This document shows, piece by piece, positions 32,522-43,445 of a DNA stretch of 64,000 bases. The position numbers and the translations under genes were made by a program. The stretch is from positions 123,680-187,679 of the forward strand of contig JBJLGF010000034.1 of NCBI GenBank assembly GCA_045564975.1, written 5' to 3'. Every line of letters begins with the position of its first letter. The first letter of the stretch is position 1. The notes beneath the pieces were generated by a model. It saw only the letters and a program-made list of their open reading frames with translations, was not told where the DNA came from and made no database searches. The DNA is from Paracoccaceae bacterium. GTDB taxonomy: Bacteria; Pseudomonadota; Alphaproteobacteria; Rhodobacterales; Rhodobacteraceae.

Positions 32522-33016
32522 TTAGTTTTTTGTACTCAAGGTTCTGCTTAGTAGCTGCAATCCATGTAGAGTCGCTGTTTGTCTTATTCTATTGCGGCCA
32601 AGAGGTCCCCAGTTTTTGGTTTCCGTTAGCTTTATTTCATTTTTGATAGCAATTGAGAAGCAAACCATTCCCTCAGGTTTTTTAATTGAACCTCCAGGGC
32701 CGGCTATTCCAGTAATTGAAATAGCTAAACTCGCTTGTGAATTATTTAGAGCTCCAATTGCCATTTCGCCGGCGACTTCTTCCGAAACAGCGCCATGGTA
32801 ATTCAATGTATTTTGATTGACACTCAAAAGTTTCACTTTTGAAATATTTGAATAAGTAACAAACCCACATTCGAATATTGCGGAAGATCCTGGTATTTCT
32901 GTGATTGCGCTTGACAGCATCCCGCCGGTGCAACTTTCAGCGCTCGCAATCAACTCTTTGTGTATGCTTGCCAAATCAAAAACTTCTTTTGCAAGGTCAA
33001 AAATATCTTTTCTCAT
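32522..33016 (-). CDS. CinA C-terminal domain protein (NMN deamidase PncC-like)
   Basis: AESCTGGML, GFVTYSN, GAVSEEVA, SITGIAGPGG. Confidence 0.92.
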   Translation of the reverse strand: MRKDIFDLAKEVFDLASIHKELIASAESCTGGMLSSAITEIPGSSAIFECGFVTYSNISKVKLLSVNQNTLNYHGAVSEEVAGEMAIGALNNSQASLAISITGIAGPGGSIKKPEGMVCFSIAIKNEIKLTETKNWGPLGRNRIRQTATLHGLQLLSRTLSTKN

Positions 33017-33489
33017 ATCAACAAAATTAAAACTACCACTGTAAGCCCGGCGGCTATGCCTGCAATAATATCATCAAGAAGCACCCCTAGAGCTCCGTTT
33101 AAATTATCCGCCCAACCAATTAAACCCAGTTTAACAATATCAAAAAATCTAAAACTTACAAAGGACCAAAGCCAAATAAACCAAAGCCCTTCAGTGAGAA
33201 ATCCATCTATTTTCATTAAGTAACCTATAGGAAGAACAGCGATCCATTGGCCAATCACTTCATCTATTACAACCTCTGAAGGGTCAGATTTCTCAGAATT
33301 TTTTTTAATGTAATTTTTTATACTCCAAAACCCTATGGGAATAGTAATTATTAAAATAAGAAAAAAAGTAGAAAAGTTAATTGTAATCAATAATATATAA
33401 GCCAAAATAATTCCTACGAGTGACCCCCAGGTGCCGGGGGCGGGTCGCAAAAAACCAACATAAAAAAAAGTAGAAATAAATTTATTCAA
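33013..33489 (-). CDS. pgpA: Phosphatidylglycerophosphatase A
   Basis: [40 protein letters not shown]; start uncertain. Confidence 0.92.
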   Translation of the reverse strand: MNKFISTFFYVGFLRPAPGTWGSLVGIILAYILLITINFSTFFLILIITIPIGFWSIKNYIKKNSEKSDPSEVVIDEVIGQWIAVLPIGYLMKIDGFLTEGLWFIWLWSFVSFRFFDIVKLGLIGWADNLNGALGVLLDDIIAGIAAGLTVVVLILLI

Positions 33490-33967
33490 CTTTACTGACC
33501 GTAGCAGTTGCAAATGAAGCAATTCCTTCTTCTCTGCCAGTGAAACCTAGTTTCTCAGTTGTGGTGGCTTTCACGCTGATACGATGCTTATCTAGCCCCA
33601 TAATTTTAGATATTGAGATCCTCATTCTCTCGGATAATGGAGCAATTTTTGGTTGTTCACAGATTATTGTGCAGTCAATGTTGTTGATCTGATAGCCTAA
33701 CTTATCTGTTAGTTGAACAGCGTGCTTTAAAAATATATCACTTGAGGCATTTTTCCACTTCGGGTCACTCGGCGGAAAATGCGTGCCAATATCACCAGCC
33801 GCAATCGCTCCATAAATAGCATCAGTAATTGCATGTAAGCCAACATCAGCATCAGAATGGCCTAATAGTTTTTTCGAAAAAGGTATATTTACGCCACACA
33901 GCGTTATCTTATTTCCTTCAGTGAAAGCATGAACATCAAAACCATTTCCCAATCTAACATCGATCAT
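33482..33967 (-). CDS. ispF: 2-C-methyl-D-erythritol 2,4-cyclodiphosphate synthase
   Basis: [45 protein letters not shown]. Confidence 0.96.
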   Translation of the reverse strand: MIDVRLGNGFDVHAFTEGNKITLCGVNIPFSKKLLGHSDADVGLHAITDAIYGAIAAGDIGTHFPPSDPKWKNASSDIFLKHAVQLTDKLGYQINNIDCTIICEQPKIAPLSERMRISISKIMGLDKHRISVKATTTEKLGFTGREEGIASFATATVSKVE

Positions 33968-34648
33968 TTAATCCAATACTTTCTTTATTATTTTATATCC
34001 AATTTTTTTAACTAAGATCTTTGACATTTTAATAAAGTCCTCTGGCGTTGTTATTTTCATATTATCTCTATGACCAGTTTTAAGTATGACCTTTAATCCA
34101 AATTTATTGGCTAATTCAACATCATCAAACGCATGTTGATTAGATTGACTTTCATGTGCCTCAAGTATCTTAGAGTATGGAAATCCTTGAGGAGTTTGCG
34201 CTCTAAATATAAAATTTCTATCGATAGTTTTTTCAATTTCGCCATCTGATACTTTCCAGATAGCATCACTGATAGGTAAACCGGGAGCGGCGCCCGTTTC
34301 TTCGTTAATTGCCAAAATTATATCTGTAATAATATCTTCTGATACTGCTGGTCTTGCAACGTCGTGTATCAAAACTTTGTCAGGTGCTAAATTTTTTGCA
34401 GCTATTAATCCATTATATACAGAAACAGACCTAGAGTTTCCCCCAGTGCAAGTTATTACATCATTTCTATCGAGAGTTTTATTTGCGGGCAAAACAACAA
34501 CGACGAAGTCAACTAAATCATGATTTTTGAAAGCATCGATCGACCAATCAACTACAAGCTTTCCCGCTATTGTGCGCCATTGCTTTGGCACTTTACCACC
34601 GGCTCTAATTCCCTTACCAGCGGCGACTATAATTGCAACTGTCGACAT
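33968..34648 (-). CDS. ispD: 2-C-methyl-D-erythritol 4-phosphate cytidylyltransferase
   Basis: IVAAGKGIRAG..PKQW, VLIHDVARP, RAQTPQGF, NMKITTPED. Confidence 0.94.
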   Translation of the reverse strand: MSTVAIIVAAGKGIRAGGKVPKQWRTIAGKLVVDWSIDAFKNHDLVDFVVVVLPANKTLDRNDVITCTGGNSRSVSVYNGLIAAKNLAPDKVLIHDVARPAVSEDIITDIILAINEETGAAPGLPISDAIWKVSDGEIEKTIDRNFIFRAQTPQGFPYSKILEAHESQSNQHAFDDVELANKFGLKVILKTGHRDNMKITTPEDFIKMSKILVKKIGYKIIKKVLD

Positions 34649-34709
34649 TATCCCTCCACACTATCACTTGTAAATTTTTTATAGCTGACTCGCAATCTAT
34701 GCAGCATTG

Positions 34710-34755
34710 TGATTAAAAATTAAGCAACTTTTTTTTAATGACAAAAAAATATGCA
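34710..34755. promoter_or_regulatory. Tandem putative NtrC binding sites upstream of dusB-ntrBC
   Basis: 17-mers TGATTAAAAATTAAGCA (34710-34726) and TGACAAAAAAATATGCA (34739-34755); the first is near-identical to the first amt site. Confidence 0.65.
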
Positions 34756-34808
34756 AATACTTTCTGGATATGCTTGGAGTTTTAGTTAAAATAATACAAA
34801 TCAGTACA

Positions 34809-35786
34809 ATGTCGCTTTTTATCGGACAACATAAAATCAACCCACCTATTTTTCTGGCCCCTATGGCTGGAATTACCGATCTGCCATTTCGGCGTGTGGT
34901 TTCACACTATAAAACTGGTCATTTTATGTCTGAAATGATTGCAAGCCAAGAATTATTAAGTGGTAGGCCAGGTGTAAGGCAAAAAGCTGAACTAGGTGTC
35001 AATACAAGCAATAGTTCAGTCCAAATTTCGGGTAGGGATCCTTACGCTATCTCTGAAACTGCAAAATTAGTTGAAGGTTTAGGAGCAAAAATAATTGATA
35101 TAAATATGGGTTGTCCAGCAAAAAAAGTGGTGAGTGGCTACGCTGGATCGGCCTTATTAAAGGATTTGACTTTAGCAGCTAAGTTAATAGAAGCCGTAGT
35201 AACTTCTGTATCAGTTCCCATCACTCTCAAAACTCGACTGGGTTGGAATGAAAATAACTTAAATGCTCCAAGTTTAGCCAAAGTGGCTGAACAGTTAGGT
35301 ATCAAACTAATCACAATTCATGCAAGAACTCGGTGTCAGTTTTACAAAGGTTACGCCCGGTGGGAGCTTGTTAGGCGTGTTAAAGAAAACGTTTCAATCC
35401 CGGTGATTGTAAATGGCGATATTTTTGATGCTAATTCGGCAAGGAAGGCGCTCAACGACTCCAAAGCTGATGGTTTAATGGTTGGTAGAGCTATACGGGG
35501 TAGGCCTTGGTTGCTGAATGAGATAGCAGCTGAGTTATGGGGTTATAAGAATTATAATGTATCAAATTTTGCGTCTTTAGCTGAAATAATCATAAGTCAT
35601 TATGAAGATATATTAAGTTTTTATGGTAATGAGTTAGGCGTTAAAATAGCCAGAAAACACTTAGGTTGGTATTTGGTTTATGGCAAGGTCAGGAGTGAAG
35701 TTCGCCAATCCATATTGACTGAAAACTCTCCAAAAAAGGTTTTATGGAAGTTGAAAACTGTATTTGCCCATAGGGAGGCTGCATGA
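34809..35786 (+). CDS. dusB: tRNA-dihydrouridine synthase B (NifR3)
   Basis: [42 protein letters not shown]. Confidence 0.94.
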   Translation: MSLFIGQHKINPPIFLAPMAGITDLPFRRVVSHYKTGHFMSEMIASQELLSGRPGVRQKAELGVNTSNSSVQISGRDPYAISETAKLVEGLGAKIIDINMGCPAKKVVSGYAGSALLKDLTLAAKLIEAVVTSVSVPITLKTRLGWNENNLNAPSLAKVAEQLGIKLITIHARTRCQFYKGYARWELVRRVKENVSIPVIVNGDIFDANSARKALNDSKADGLMVGRAIRGRPWLLNEIAAELWGYKNYNVSNFASLAEIIISHYEDILSFYGNELGVKIARKHLGWYLVYGKVRSEVRQSILTENSPKKVLWKLKTVFAHREAA

Positions 35787-36874
35787 CAAAAGCTCCTATT
35801 GATTTTGTTTGGTCCTCCTTACCGGTTCCTGCGCTACTCATAAATCCAGAAGATATCATAACCGAAGCCAACCCTGCTGCGGAGAGTTTTTTTAATACTT
35901 CAGGTAAATCTTTATGTGGAAAATCTATTTGGCAGCGATTAGCGGTTGGTGCTCCTTTAGAAGAAAGTTTCGCTCGCGCGAAAGAATTCTCAACACCACT
36001 TTTTGTTAATGATGTTGAGGTTGGCTCTTTTGGACAGACACAGCTTCAGTGTAACTTAACTTTTGCTCCAATAGTACAAAGTCCCGGTCATATTATTTTA
36101 TTAATTGCGCCAAGAGAACTTGCCGGTAGAGTAAACCAAACGAATTCAGTTAAATCTGCCGCTAAATCTGCGATTGGGATGGCCGAAATGTTGGCTCATG
36201 AAATTAAAAACCCACTAGCAGGTATTTCTGGAGCTGCTCAACTTTTGTCGATGAATTTGCACAATAAAGATTTAGAGTTAACAGACTTAATTGTAGAGGA
36301 GACAAGACGAATTGTAAATTTACTGGAACAGGTTGAAGAGTTTGGTAATTCGCGTATGCCGGAAATGACTGCGGTTAATATTCATGATATATTGGACAAA
36401 GCTAAAAGGTCGGCTCAGTTAGGTTTTGGCGCTCATATTAGTTTTGAAGAGGAATATGATCCGTCACTGCCGGCTGCCAAAGCAGACTCTGATCAACTTC
36501 TACAAGTCGTTTTGAATTTAATTAAAAATGCCTCTGAGGCTTGCCAAAATAGTGGAAAAATAAAGCTAAAAACTTCCTTCGATCACTCTTTTCGATTGCG
36601 TCGCTCTGACGGAACTGGTCAAGCCTTACCGTTGCAGATCCAAATATGCGATAATGGCCCAGGCTTACCTCTTGATATAAAGCATGAGGTATTTGATCCT
36701 TTTGTGTCCGGTAAGGAAAATGGTACGGGACTTGGATTGGCTCTAGCTAGTAAAATCATCTCGGATCACGATGGTTGGATTTCTGTTGATAGCATTCCAG
36801 GAAATACAGTTTTTACGATTTCGTTAGCAGCAATCAATATTAAAAATAATTCTCTTTCAGGTAAGGTTTTTTAA
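35783..36874 (+). CDS. ntrB: Nitrogen regulation sensor kinase NtrB
   Basis: PAS domain, [22 protein letters not shown]; nifR3-ntrBC synteny. Confidence 0.93.
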   Translation: MTKAPIDFVWSSLPVPALLINPEDIITEANPAAESFFNTSGKSLCGKSIWQRLAVGAPLEESFARAKEFSTPLFVNDVEVGSFGQTQLQCNLTFAPIVQSPGHIILLIAPRELAGRVNQTNSVKSAAKSAIGMAEMLAHEIKNPLAGISGAAQLLSMNLHNKDLELTDLIVEETRRIVNLLEQVEEFGNSRMPEMTAVNIHDILDKAKRSAQLGFGAHISFEEEYDPSLPAAKADSDQLLQVVLNLIKNASEACQNSGKIKLKTSFDHSFRLRRSDGTGQALPLQIQICDNGPGLPLDIKHEVFDPFVSGKENGTGLGLALASKIISDHDGWISVDSIPGNTVFTISLAAINIKNNSLSGKVF

Positions 36875-38248
36875 ATGGATGGTACAGTTTTGGTTGCAGA
36901 TGATGATCGAACAATAAGAACCGTTTTAACACAGGCTTTGACAAGAGCGGGTTGTAGAGTTCATGCAACTTCAAGTCTTACAACTTTAATGAGGTGGGTT
37001 GTTGAAGGAAAGGGAGATGCAGTCATTACCGACGTAGTGATGCCAGACGGTAATGGTCTAGAAATGCTGCCCAAAATTTCTACTGATCGACCAGGTCTTC
37101 CTGTTATAGTTATTTCTGCACAAAATACGATTATGACAGCGATCCAAGCAGCGGATGCAAAAGCTTTTGATTATTTGCCAAAACCGTTTGATCTTCCTGA
37201 TTTAATGAAAAGAGTGGCAAAAGCTCTGGAACAAAAAAAACTTTCGCATCGTTCAAATACAGAAAAAGATGATGTTAGTGAAGAGGACAATGGATTGCCT
37301 CTCGTTGGAAAATCAATACCTATGCAAGGCGTTTATCGGATAGTTGCTAAGCTGATGAATACTGACTTACCTATTCTTGTTTCAGGTGAATCGGGAACAG
37401 GTAAGAGCCTGATCGCAAAGGTCTTACATAGCTTTTCTGATCGTCGTAACCTGCCTTTCGTATCCATTTCTCCGGCTGATTTGATTGAAATAGATGGGCC
37501 ATCAAAAATTTTATCTAAGGCGAGGGGAGGATCGGTTGTCGTAGAGGAGGTTTCTGATTTTTCGTTGGAAAGTCAGGCCAGATTAGTTCAGATGATCGAT
37601 AATCCTGGTGAGTATTCGCCTAGATTTGTAGCTACAATGCAAGGGAGTATGACTGAAGCGGTTGAAAAAGGTATTATACGAAGCGACGTATTTTATAGGC
37701 TGAATGGGGCAACGATTGAATTGCCCAATTTACGTGAATGTGTCGATGATATTTTGATTTTGTCAGAACATTTTCTTAAATCGCTTGAAAACGAGGGTGG
37801 TCCCATAAGACAATTAGGGGTTAAAGCACAAGATCTTTTTCGTGCTTATAGTTGGCCTGGAAATGTGAGGCAGCTTCAAAATGTAGTAAAGCGACTTGGT
37901 TTAACTTCTAGAGAGCATGAGATTTCACTTACTGAAGTGGAGCAATCCTTGGAAAACCAGCCCGAAGTTCATGGATCTTTTGCACAAGTGGGGGCAGAAA
38001 AAATGTCTGGCGATATAGAGAGACATTTGCGCCGATATTTTGACTTACATGGTAATATTTTACCTCCTGTTGGTTTGTACAATCGGATTTTGAAAGAGCT
38101 AGAAGTTCCCTTGATAGCCGTTTCGTTGGAGGCGACAGGCGGTAATCAAGCAAAATGTGCTAGTTTGTTAGGAATAAATCGAAATACTTTACGAAAAAAA
38201 ATAAGTGAGCTGGATATAAAAGTTCATCGACGCCGTAAATTGATGTAA
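36875..38248 (+). CDS. ntrC: Nitrogen regulation response regulator NtrC (no GAFTGA loop)
   Basis: Receiver ([20 protein letters not shown]), [15 protein letters not shown], Fis-type [23 protein letters not shown]. Confidence 0.93.
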   Translation: MDGTVLVADDDRTIRTVLTQALTRAGCRVHATSSLTTLMRWVVEGKGDAVITDVVMPDGNGLEMLPKISTDRPGLPVIVISAQNTIMTAIQAADAKAFDYLPKPFDLPDLMKRVAKALEQKKLSHRSNTEKDDVSEEDNGLPLVGKSIPMQGVYRIVAKLMNTDLPILVSGESGTGKSLIAKVLHSFSDRRNLPFVSISPADLIEIDGPSKILSKARGGSVVVEEVSDFSLESQARLVQMIDNPGEYSPRFVATMQGSMTEAVEKGIIRSDVFYRLNGATIELPNLRECVDDILILSEHFLKSLENEGGPIRQLGVKAQDLFRAYSWPGNVRQLQNVVKRLGLTSREHEISLTEVEQSLENQPEVHGSFAQVGAEKMSGDIERHLRRYFDLHGNILPPVGLYNRILKELEVPLIAVSLEATGGNQAKCASLLGINRNTLRKKISELDIKVHRRRKLM

Positions 38249-38315
38249 AAAAGCAACATATATCTTGACATTGATCGCCAATGCTGTTGTGTGGTGATGT
38301 AAAATTACAACATAT
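38241..38315 (+). promoter_or_regulatory. Putative internal ntrYX promoter (TTGACA 38265-38270) flanked by two near-identical 21-bp operators
   Basis: TGATGTAAAAAAGCAACATAT (38241-38261) and TGATGTAAAATTACAACATAT (38295-38315), 18/21 identical. Confidence 0.6.
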
Positions 38316-38343
38316 TTTTTTCTTAGACTTTATTGAGGATTTG

Positions 38344-40596
38344 TTGGCAGTATTTAACAGAAATAAGTCCGTATCGAAATGGCTTTTGAAATATTCAAAT
38401 TCCAAACCCTTTCAATCTACTATTAATATAATTCTTATATTACTCGGTCCGTTATTGGCTGTTGCGACATATTTATTTTTAGGTCCATTTAATGCTGCTG
38501 GACAGTCCGTTTGGCTTCGTTTCTTTTTATTGCTTGATTTAGTCTATGTGCTTTTGATAATTGGCATTGTATTGGTTAGAATTCTATATGTTCTTTCTCA
38601 GCGTAGATCTAGATTAGCTGGTTCAAAACTTCATTTTCGATTAGCTGGTGTATTCACAACGATGTCTTTGCTTCCGACAATTACTGTCGCCGTTTTTGCT
38701 ACCGTTTCAATCAATTTGGGGCTGGAAGCATGGTTTTCTGAGCGTGTCCAAAGTGTTGTGGGAACGTCATTATCAGCGGCTCGAGCTTATGCTGACGAAC
38801 AGCAAAACGCTTTGGTAGAGGATGTTTATTCTCTTGCAGATGGTTTGCAGAATTTTCGTAAAAACAGACCTTTTTTTGAAAAAGATCAATTGAGAAATGA
38901 ACTTGCATCACGTCAGGTGAAATTACAGCGAGGTTTGAAAGAAGCTTTTATTTTGAATGGATCTGGAAATATCGAGCTTAGAGGAGAACGTTCTTACCTT
39001 TTCGATTTTGAAAAACCTGATGAGACAAAAATAATAAACTCAATTAAAGAAGTTGTTTTGATAAATGATTTTAATAACAACGAATTAAGAGCTTTAATCT
39101 ATCTTAATGGGTTTGGCGACAGATATTTGTACGTAACAAGAGAGATCGACGGTTCACTTTTTAACCTATTAGATGAGACACAGAAAACTGCGGTTTTGTA
39201 TCAGCAGATGGAAAATGACCGATCCGCGTATCTTTTAAATTTTGCAGTTCTTTATTTTGCTTTAGCTCTTTTACTAATTGTTTCCTCAGTATTATTCGCA
39301 CTTTGGTTTGCCGAAAGGTTATCTAAACCAATAGGAAGACTGGCCGCTGCAGCAAAGCGAGTTGGAGCAGGGGAGTTAACCACTCAAGTGATTGAAGATG
39401 AAGGCGATGATGAAATAGCCCAGCTTGGGCGTTATTTTAATCAAATGACAAAGCAACTTAAACATCAAAGGGATACATTAATTGATAACACTGAGCAAAT
39501 TGAAGAAAGAAGGCGGCTTTTTGATAGCGTGCTTTCCTCAGTCACTTCTGGAGTAATTGTACTAGATCCAAATGGAAAAGTAAGCTTTACCAATAATTCA
39601 GCAAATTATTTATTGGATTATAACAGAAAACAAGAAATTAAAAATCAGCTTTCTGATATATTTCCAGAATTAAATTCTCTTTTTCAACAATTGAAGAAAT
39701 CTGGGGCAGATAATTTGCAGTCTGAAATAAAATTAGTTCGAACAGGTCGGCTAGAAAATTTTTTAGTTCGTATGGCTCCCATGAATGAAGATAAAAAATT
39801 GAAGGGGTATGTTGTTGCTTTTGATGACATTACATCCCTTGTGTCTGCTCAGAGGTCAGCAGCTTGGGGTGATGTTGCCAGACGCATTGCCCATGAAATT
39901 AAAAATCCTCTTACTCCAATACAATTATCCGCAGAGAGGATTATTAAAAAATTTAGTCCATTTCTTGGAGAAAACTCAGATGGGCTAAAACAAATGGTTG
40001 ATGTCATTACCCGGCAAACCGATGATATTCGTCGTATTGTTGACGAATTTTCAAAGTTTGCAAGGATGCCAGAATTGAGACGCAAAAATGAGGAACTCAA
40101 TGCTTTAATTGAGGCTACTGTTTCCTTACAGCAGGCTGGTCAACCCGATGTTTTAATAAATTTTTCGAAAACTGAACAACCAGTGATAATATCAATTGAC
40201 GCAACTTTAATAAATCAAGCCCTAATAAATATTCTAAAAAACGCTGGGGAAGCAATTGAGGCAAGAAAACAAAAACTTCTTGATATAGACGAAAAAGGAA
40301 AAATTGATGTTAATTTGCAGGATCAATCCGACAGTATAATTTTGCATATTTCAGATAATGGCATTGGCTTGCCGCAAGATCGATCTCGATTATTTGAGCC
40401 TTATGTTACGACTCGTGAAAAAGGAACCGGACTTGGTTTAGCTATAGTTAAAAAAATTATAGAGGAGCACGGTGGTAATTTAAAATTAGAAGACGCTAGT
40501 TCTTTTCAAACAAACAATATAACTGGAGCAAAAGTATCTATCGAGCTTCCTAAGTCAAAAAACTATAAAGATCAGGTTAAAGCGGAATTAATATGA
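38344..40596 (+). CDS. ntrY: Sensor histidine kinase NtrY
   Basis: TM segments, [39 protein letters not shown]; start moved to TTG behind GAGG (ORF open from 38281). Confidence 0.92.
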   Translation: MAVFNRNKSVSKWLLKYSNSKPFQSTINIILILLGPLLAVATYLFLGPFNAAGQSVWLRFFLLLDLVYVLLIIGIVLVRILYVLSQRRSRLAGSKLHFRLAGVFTTMSLLPTITVAVFATVSINLGLEAWFSERVQSVVGTSLSAARAYADEQQNALVEDVYSLADGLQNFRKNRPFFEKDQLRNELASRQVKLQRGLKEAFILNGSGNIELRGERSYLFDFEKPDETKIINSIKEVVLINDFNNNELRALIYLNGFGDRYLYVTREIDGSLFNLLDETQKTAVLYQQMENDRSAYLLNFAVLYFALALLLIVSSVLFALWFAERLSKPIGRLAAAAKRVGAGELTTQVIEDEGDDEIAQLGRYFNQMTKQLKHQRDTLIDNTEQIEERRRLFDSVLSSVTSGVIVLDPNGKVSFTNNSANYLLDYNRKQEIKNQLSDIFPELNSLFQQLKKSGADNLQSEIKLVRTGRLENFLVRMAPMNEDKKLKGYVVAFDDITSLVSAQRSAAWGDVARRIAHEIKNPLTPIQLSAERIIKKFSPFLGENSDGLKQMVDVITRQTDDIRRIVDEFSKFARMPELRRKNEELNALIEATVSLQQAGQPDVLINFSKTEQPVIISIDATLINQALINILKNAGEAIEARKQKLLDIDEKGKIDVNLQDQSDSIILHISDNGIGLPQDRSRLFEPYVTTREKGTGLGLAIVKKIIEEHGGNLKLEDASSFQTNNITGAKVSIELPKSKNYKDQVKAELI

Positions 40597-41966
40597 ATGA
40601 TATTTTGATAGTTGATGATGAAAAAGACATTCGTGAATTGATATCAGAGATTTTAATTGATGAAGGTTTTTCAACTAGATTGTCTGGCTCTTCCAAAGAC
40701 TGTTTGAAACAAGTCCAGTCCGATCCACCACGATTATTGATCTTAGATATTTGGTTAAAAGATAGTCATATGGATGGAATTGATATTTTAAAAAACGTCA
40801 AATTGAATTATCCTCAAATGCCAGTTGTTATCATCTCAGGGCATGGAAATATCGAAATAGCTGTATCTGCTATCAAACAGGGCGCATACGATTTTATCGA
40901 GAAGCCTTTTAATATCGAGCAACTTTTAGTCGTAGTTAGGCGAGCTATGGAAATATCGTCTCTTCGGAAAGAAAATACAGAACTTAAACAAAAAAGTATA
41001 GTTGAATTAGAATTAAAGGGTACTAGCAGTATTTTTCGAAACTTTATAACTAATCTAGATAAAATTTCTAAAGCTAACAGTAGGGTTTTTATAACCGGTT
41101 CCTCAGGGTCAGGTAAAACGACCGCAGCAAGGTATATTCATCAAAACTCAAGGCAAGCAGGTGGAAATTTTATCTCAGTAGATTGCTCAACTTCTGATCA
41201 AAATGAGCTTGAACGATTATTATTTGGCTTTGAAGATAATACAGGGTTACAGGAAGTTGGAGCATTAGAAAAGGCAAATGGAGGTACTATTTATCTCGAT
41301 AAGGTATCTGAATTGCCTATGGATTTACAAAGTAAATTATTAAAAGTTTTATTAGAAAACTGTATTACTAGGCTTGGAAGTAGCAAAAAAGTGAGTGTAG
41401 TTGTGAGATTTATTAGTGCTACCAACTCAGAGCTATTAGAAAAAGTGAAAAACAAAAGTTTTAGAGAAGATTTGTTTCAAAGACTAAGCGTAGTTCCAAT
41501 AAAAGTTCCAAATTTGAGAGACAGGGTTGACGATATTCCTATATTAGCCAAATACTTTGTTGAGCAGTTATCTTTAGCTAACGATTTAGCTTGTCGTGAA
41601 TTTACTGATGAGGCCTTAACTTTCTTACAATCAATGAGTTGGCCAGGAAATATCAGACAACTCAGAAATATGATTGAACGAGTTTTAATTTTAGGAGAAT
41701 CCTCTGATAAAATAAAAGTTGAGGAGTTAATGTCGTCTGAAATAAAATCTCAAGACAAGGACGATAAGTTTAATTTAATAACATCTGAATTAGCCAATAT
41801 GTCTCTACGAGAGGCTCGTGAAATATTTGAGCGTGATTATCTTATTTTGCAAATAAATCGCTTTGGGGGGAATATTTCAAAAACTGCAGCTTTTGTTGAA
41901 ATGGAGAGAAGTGCATTACATCGAAAGCTCAAATCTCTAGGTATTAATTCGGGTCAAAAGAATTAA
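40593..41966 (+). CDS. ntrX: Response regulator NtrX
   Basis: LDIWLKDSHMDG, ISGHGNIEIAV, WPGNIRQLRN, GNISKTAAFVEMERSALHRKLK. Confidence 0.94.
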   Translation: MNDILIVDDEKDIRELISEILIDEGFSTRLSGSSKDCLKQVQSDPPRLLILDIWLKDSHMDGIDILKNVKLNYPQMPVVIISGHGNIEIAVSAIKQGAYDFIEKPFNIEQLLVVVRRAMEISSLRKENTELKQKSIVELELKGTSSIFRNFITNLDKISKANSRVFITGSSGSGKTTAARYIHQNSRQAGGNFISVDCSTSDQNELERLLFGFEDNTGLQEVGALEKANGGTIYLDKVSELPMDLQSKLLKVLLENCITRLGSSKKVSVVVRFISATNSELLEKVKNKSFREDLFQRLSVVPIKVPNLRDRVDDIPILAKYFVEQLSLANDLACREFTDEALTFLQSMSWPGNIRQLRNMIERVLILGESSDKIKVEELMSSEIKSQDKDDKFNLITSELANMSLREAREIFERDYLILQINRFGGNISKTAAFVEMERSALHRKLKSLGINSGQKN

Positions 41967-42045
41967 ATTGATTATATTAATATCATAATTGTTTGTTACT
42001 TAATTTAATTAGTTTATGCTTTTTTTGTAAGCGAGGTAGGTTTGG

Positions 42046-43422
42046 ATGAAAGTTATCATTTGTGGTGCGGGTCAAGTTGGTTGGCAGATTGCGCGTCATC
42101 TTGCCGGTGAAAAAAATGACGTAACAATCGTAGATAGCAATCAGGATTTAGTTACTAGGGCAACTGACACCCTAGATGTTAAGGGTGTTTGTGGCTTTGC
42201 TTCATACCCCAATGTACTTAGTAATGCTGGCGCTGAAGATGCTGATATGATTATTGCGGCTACTCACTCTGATGAAGTGAATATGGTAACTTGTCAGGTT
42301 GCACACTCAATTTTTGACATACCTAGAAAGATTGCTAGGCTCAGAAGCCAATCTTACCTTGATGCAATTTATGCCGATTTATATCGGCGTGACCATTTGC
42401 CAATAGATGTGGTAATAAGTCCTGAACTGGAGGTGGCCGAAGCAGCTTTAAAAAGATTATCTGCGCCCAATGCTTTTGAGTCGGAAAGTTTTTTAAATGA
42501 TAAAGCTCAGCTTTTGGGTCTGCATATCGGAGAAAATTGTCCGGTTATAAACACTCCATTAAGGCAATTGACAGATTTGTTTTCTACTTTAAGGGTAATT
42601 GTTGTAGGGGTCCGTAGGCAAGGTGTTCTTTTTGCTCCAAACGCTGGAGACCAAATATTCCCATCAGATGAGGTATATTTAATATGCCATTCGAAAGATT
42701 CGGAAAGAACCATGGATGTTTTTGGTAAATCTTACGGTGAGCAAAATAGAGTTATTTTGATTGGTGGTGGAAATGTGGGGCTCAAAATTGCAAAGTCGCT
42801 AGAAAACAGTGAAAACAGGCTGCGTGTTAAAATAATTGAAAAAAATAGATTAAGAGCTGAAATTGCAGCAGAAACTTTAGAGAGAACTATAGTTTTGCAT
42901 GGAGACGGCTTAGACTCTGGTTTGTTGGAGGAAGCAGGTATTTCAAAGGCGGACGCCATACTGGCCATCACAGACGATGACAAGACAAATATGCTTGCGG
43001 CTGTGCGGGCAAAATCAAGAGGGTGTAGAAAAGCTATTGCTTTAATAAATGACCCTACAATGTCACCGTTGACGACACCACTTGGAATAGATGCATATAT
43101 TAATCCGAGATCTACGACAGTAAGTTCCATTTTAAAACATATTCGTCATGGAAAAGTTAAGAATGTCTATTCAATTGGAGATGCGGAGGCGGAAATTATT
43201 GAAGCACAGGTAATGTCGACATCTCCCATCACGGGAAGTCGTATAGGTGATATAGACTTTCCCGAAGGCGCAATCGTTGGAGGTATATTGAAAAACGATG
43301 ATATGATAAAACCTGACAGTAATTCAAGGATTGAAGAAGGTGATGTTATTGCCGTATTTGCACTTTCTAAAGATATTCCAGAGGTTGAAAGACTTCTTCA
43401 AGTTACAATAGATTATTTTTAG
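42046..43422 (+). CDS. trkA: Trk system K+ uptake regulatory subunit
   Basis: Two RCK domains (CGAGQVG, GGGNVG), DEVNMVTCQVA. Confidence 0.95.
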   Translation: MKVIICGAGQVGWQIARHLAGEKNDVTIVDSNQDLVTRATDTLDVKGVCGFASYPNVLSNAGAEDADMIIAATHSDEVNMVTCQVAHSIFDIPRKIARLRSQSYLDAIYADLYRRDHLPIDVVISPELEVAEAALKRLSAPNAFESESFLNDKAQLLGLHIGENCPVINTPLRQLTDLFSTLRVIVVGVRRQGVLFAPNAGDQIFPSDEVYLICHSKDSERTMDVFGKSYGEQNRVILIGGGNVGLKIAKSLENSENRLRVKIIEKNRLRAEIAAETLERTIVLHGDGLDSGLLEEAGISKADAILAITDDDKTNMLAAVRAKSRGCRKAIALINDPTMSPLTTPLGIDAYINPRSTTVSSILKHIRHGKVKNVYSIGDAEAEIIEAQVMSTSPITGSRIGDIDFPEGAIVGGILKNDDMIKPDSNSRIEEGDVIAVFALSKDIPEVERLLQVTIDYF

Positions 43423-43445
43423 CTTAGAAAAGTTGCTATATTTAT

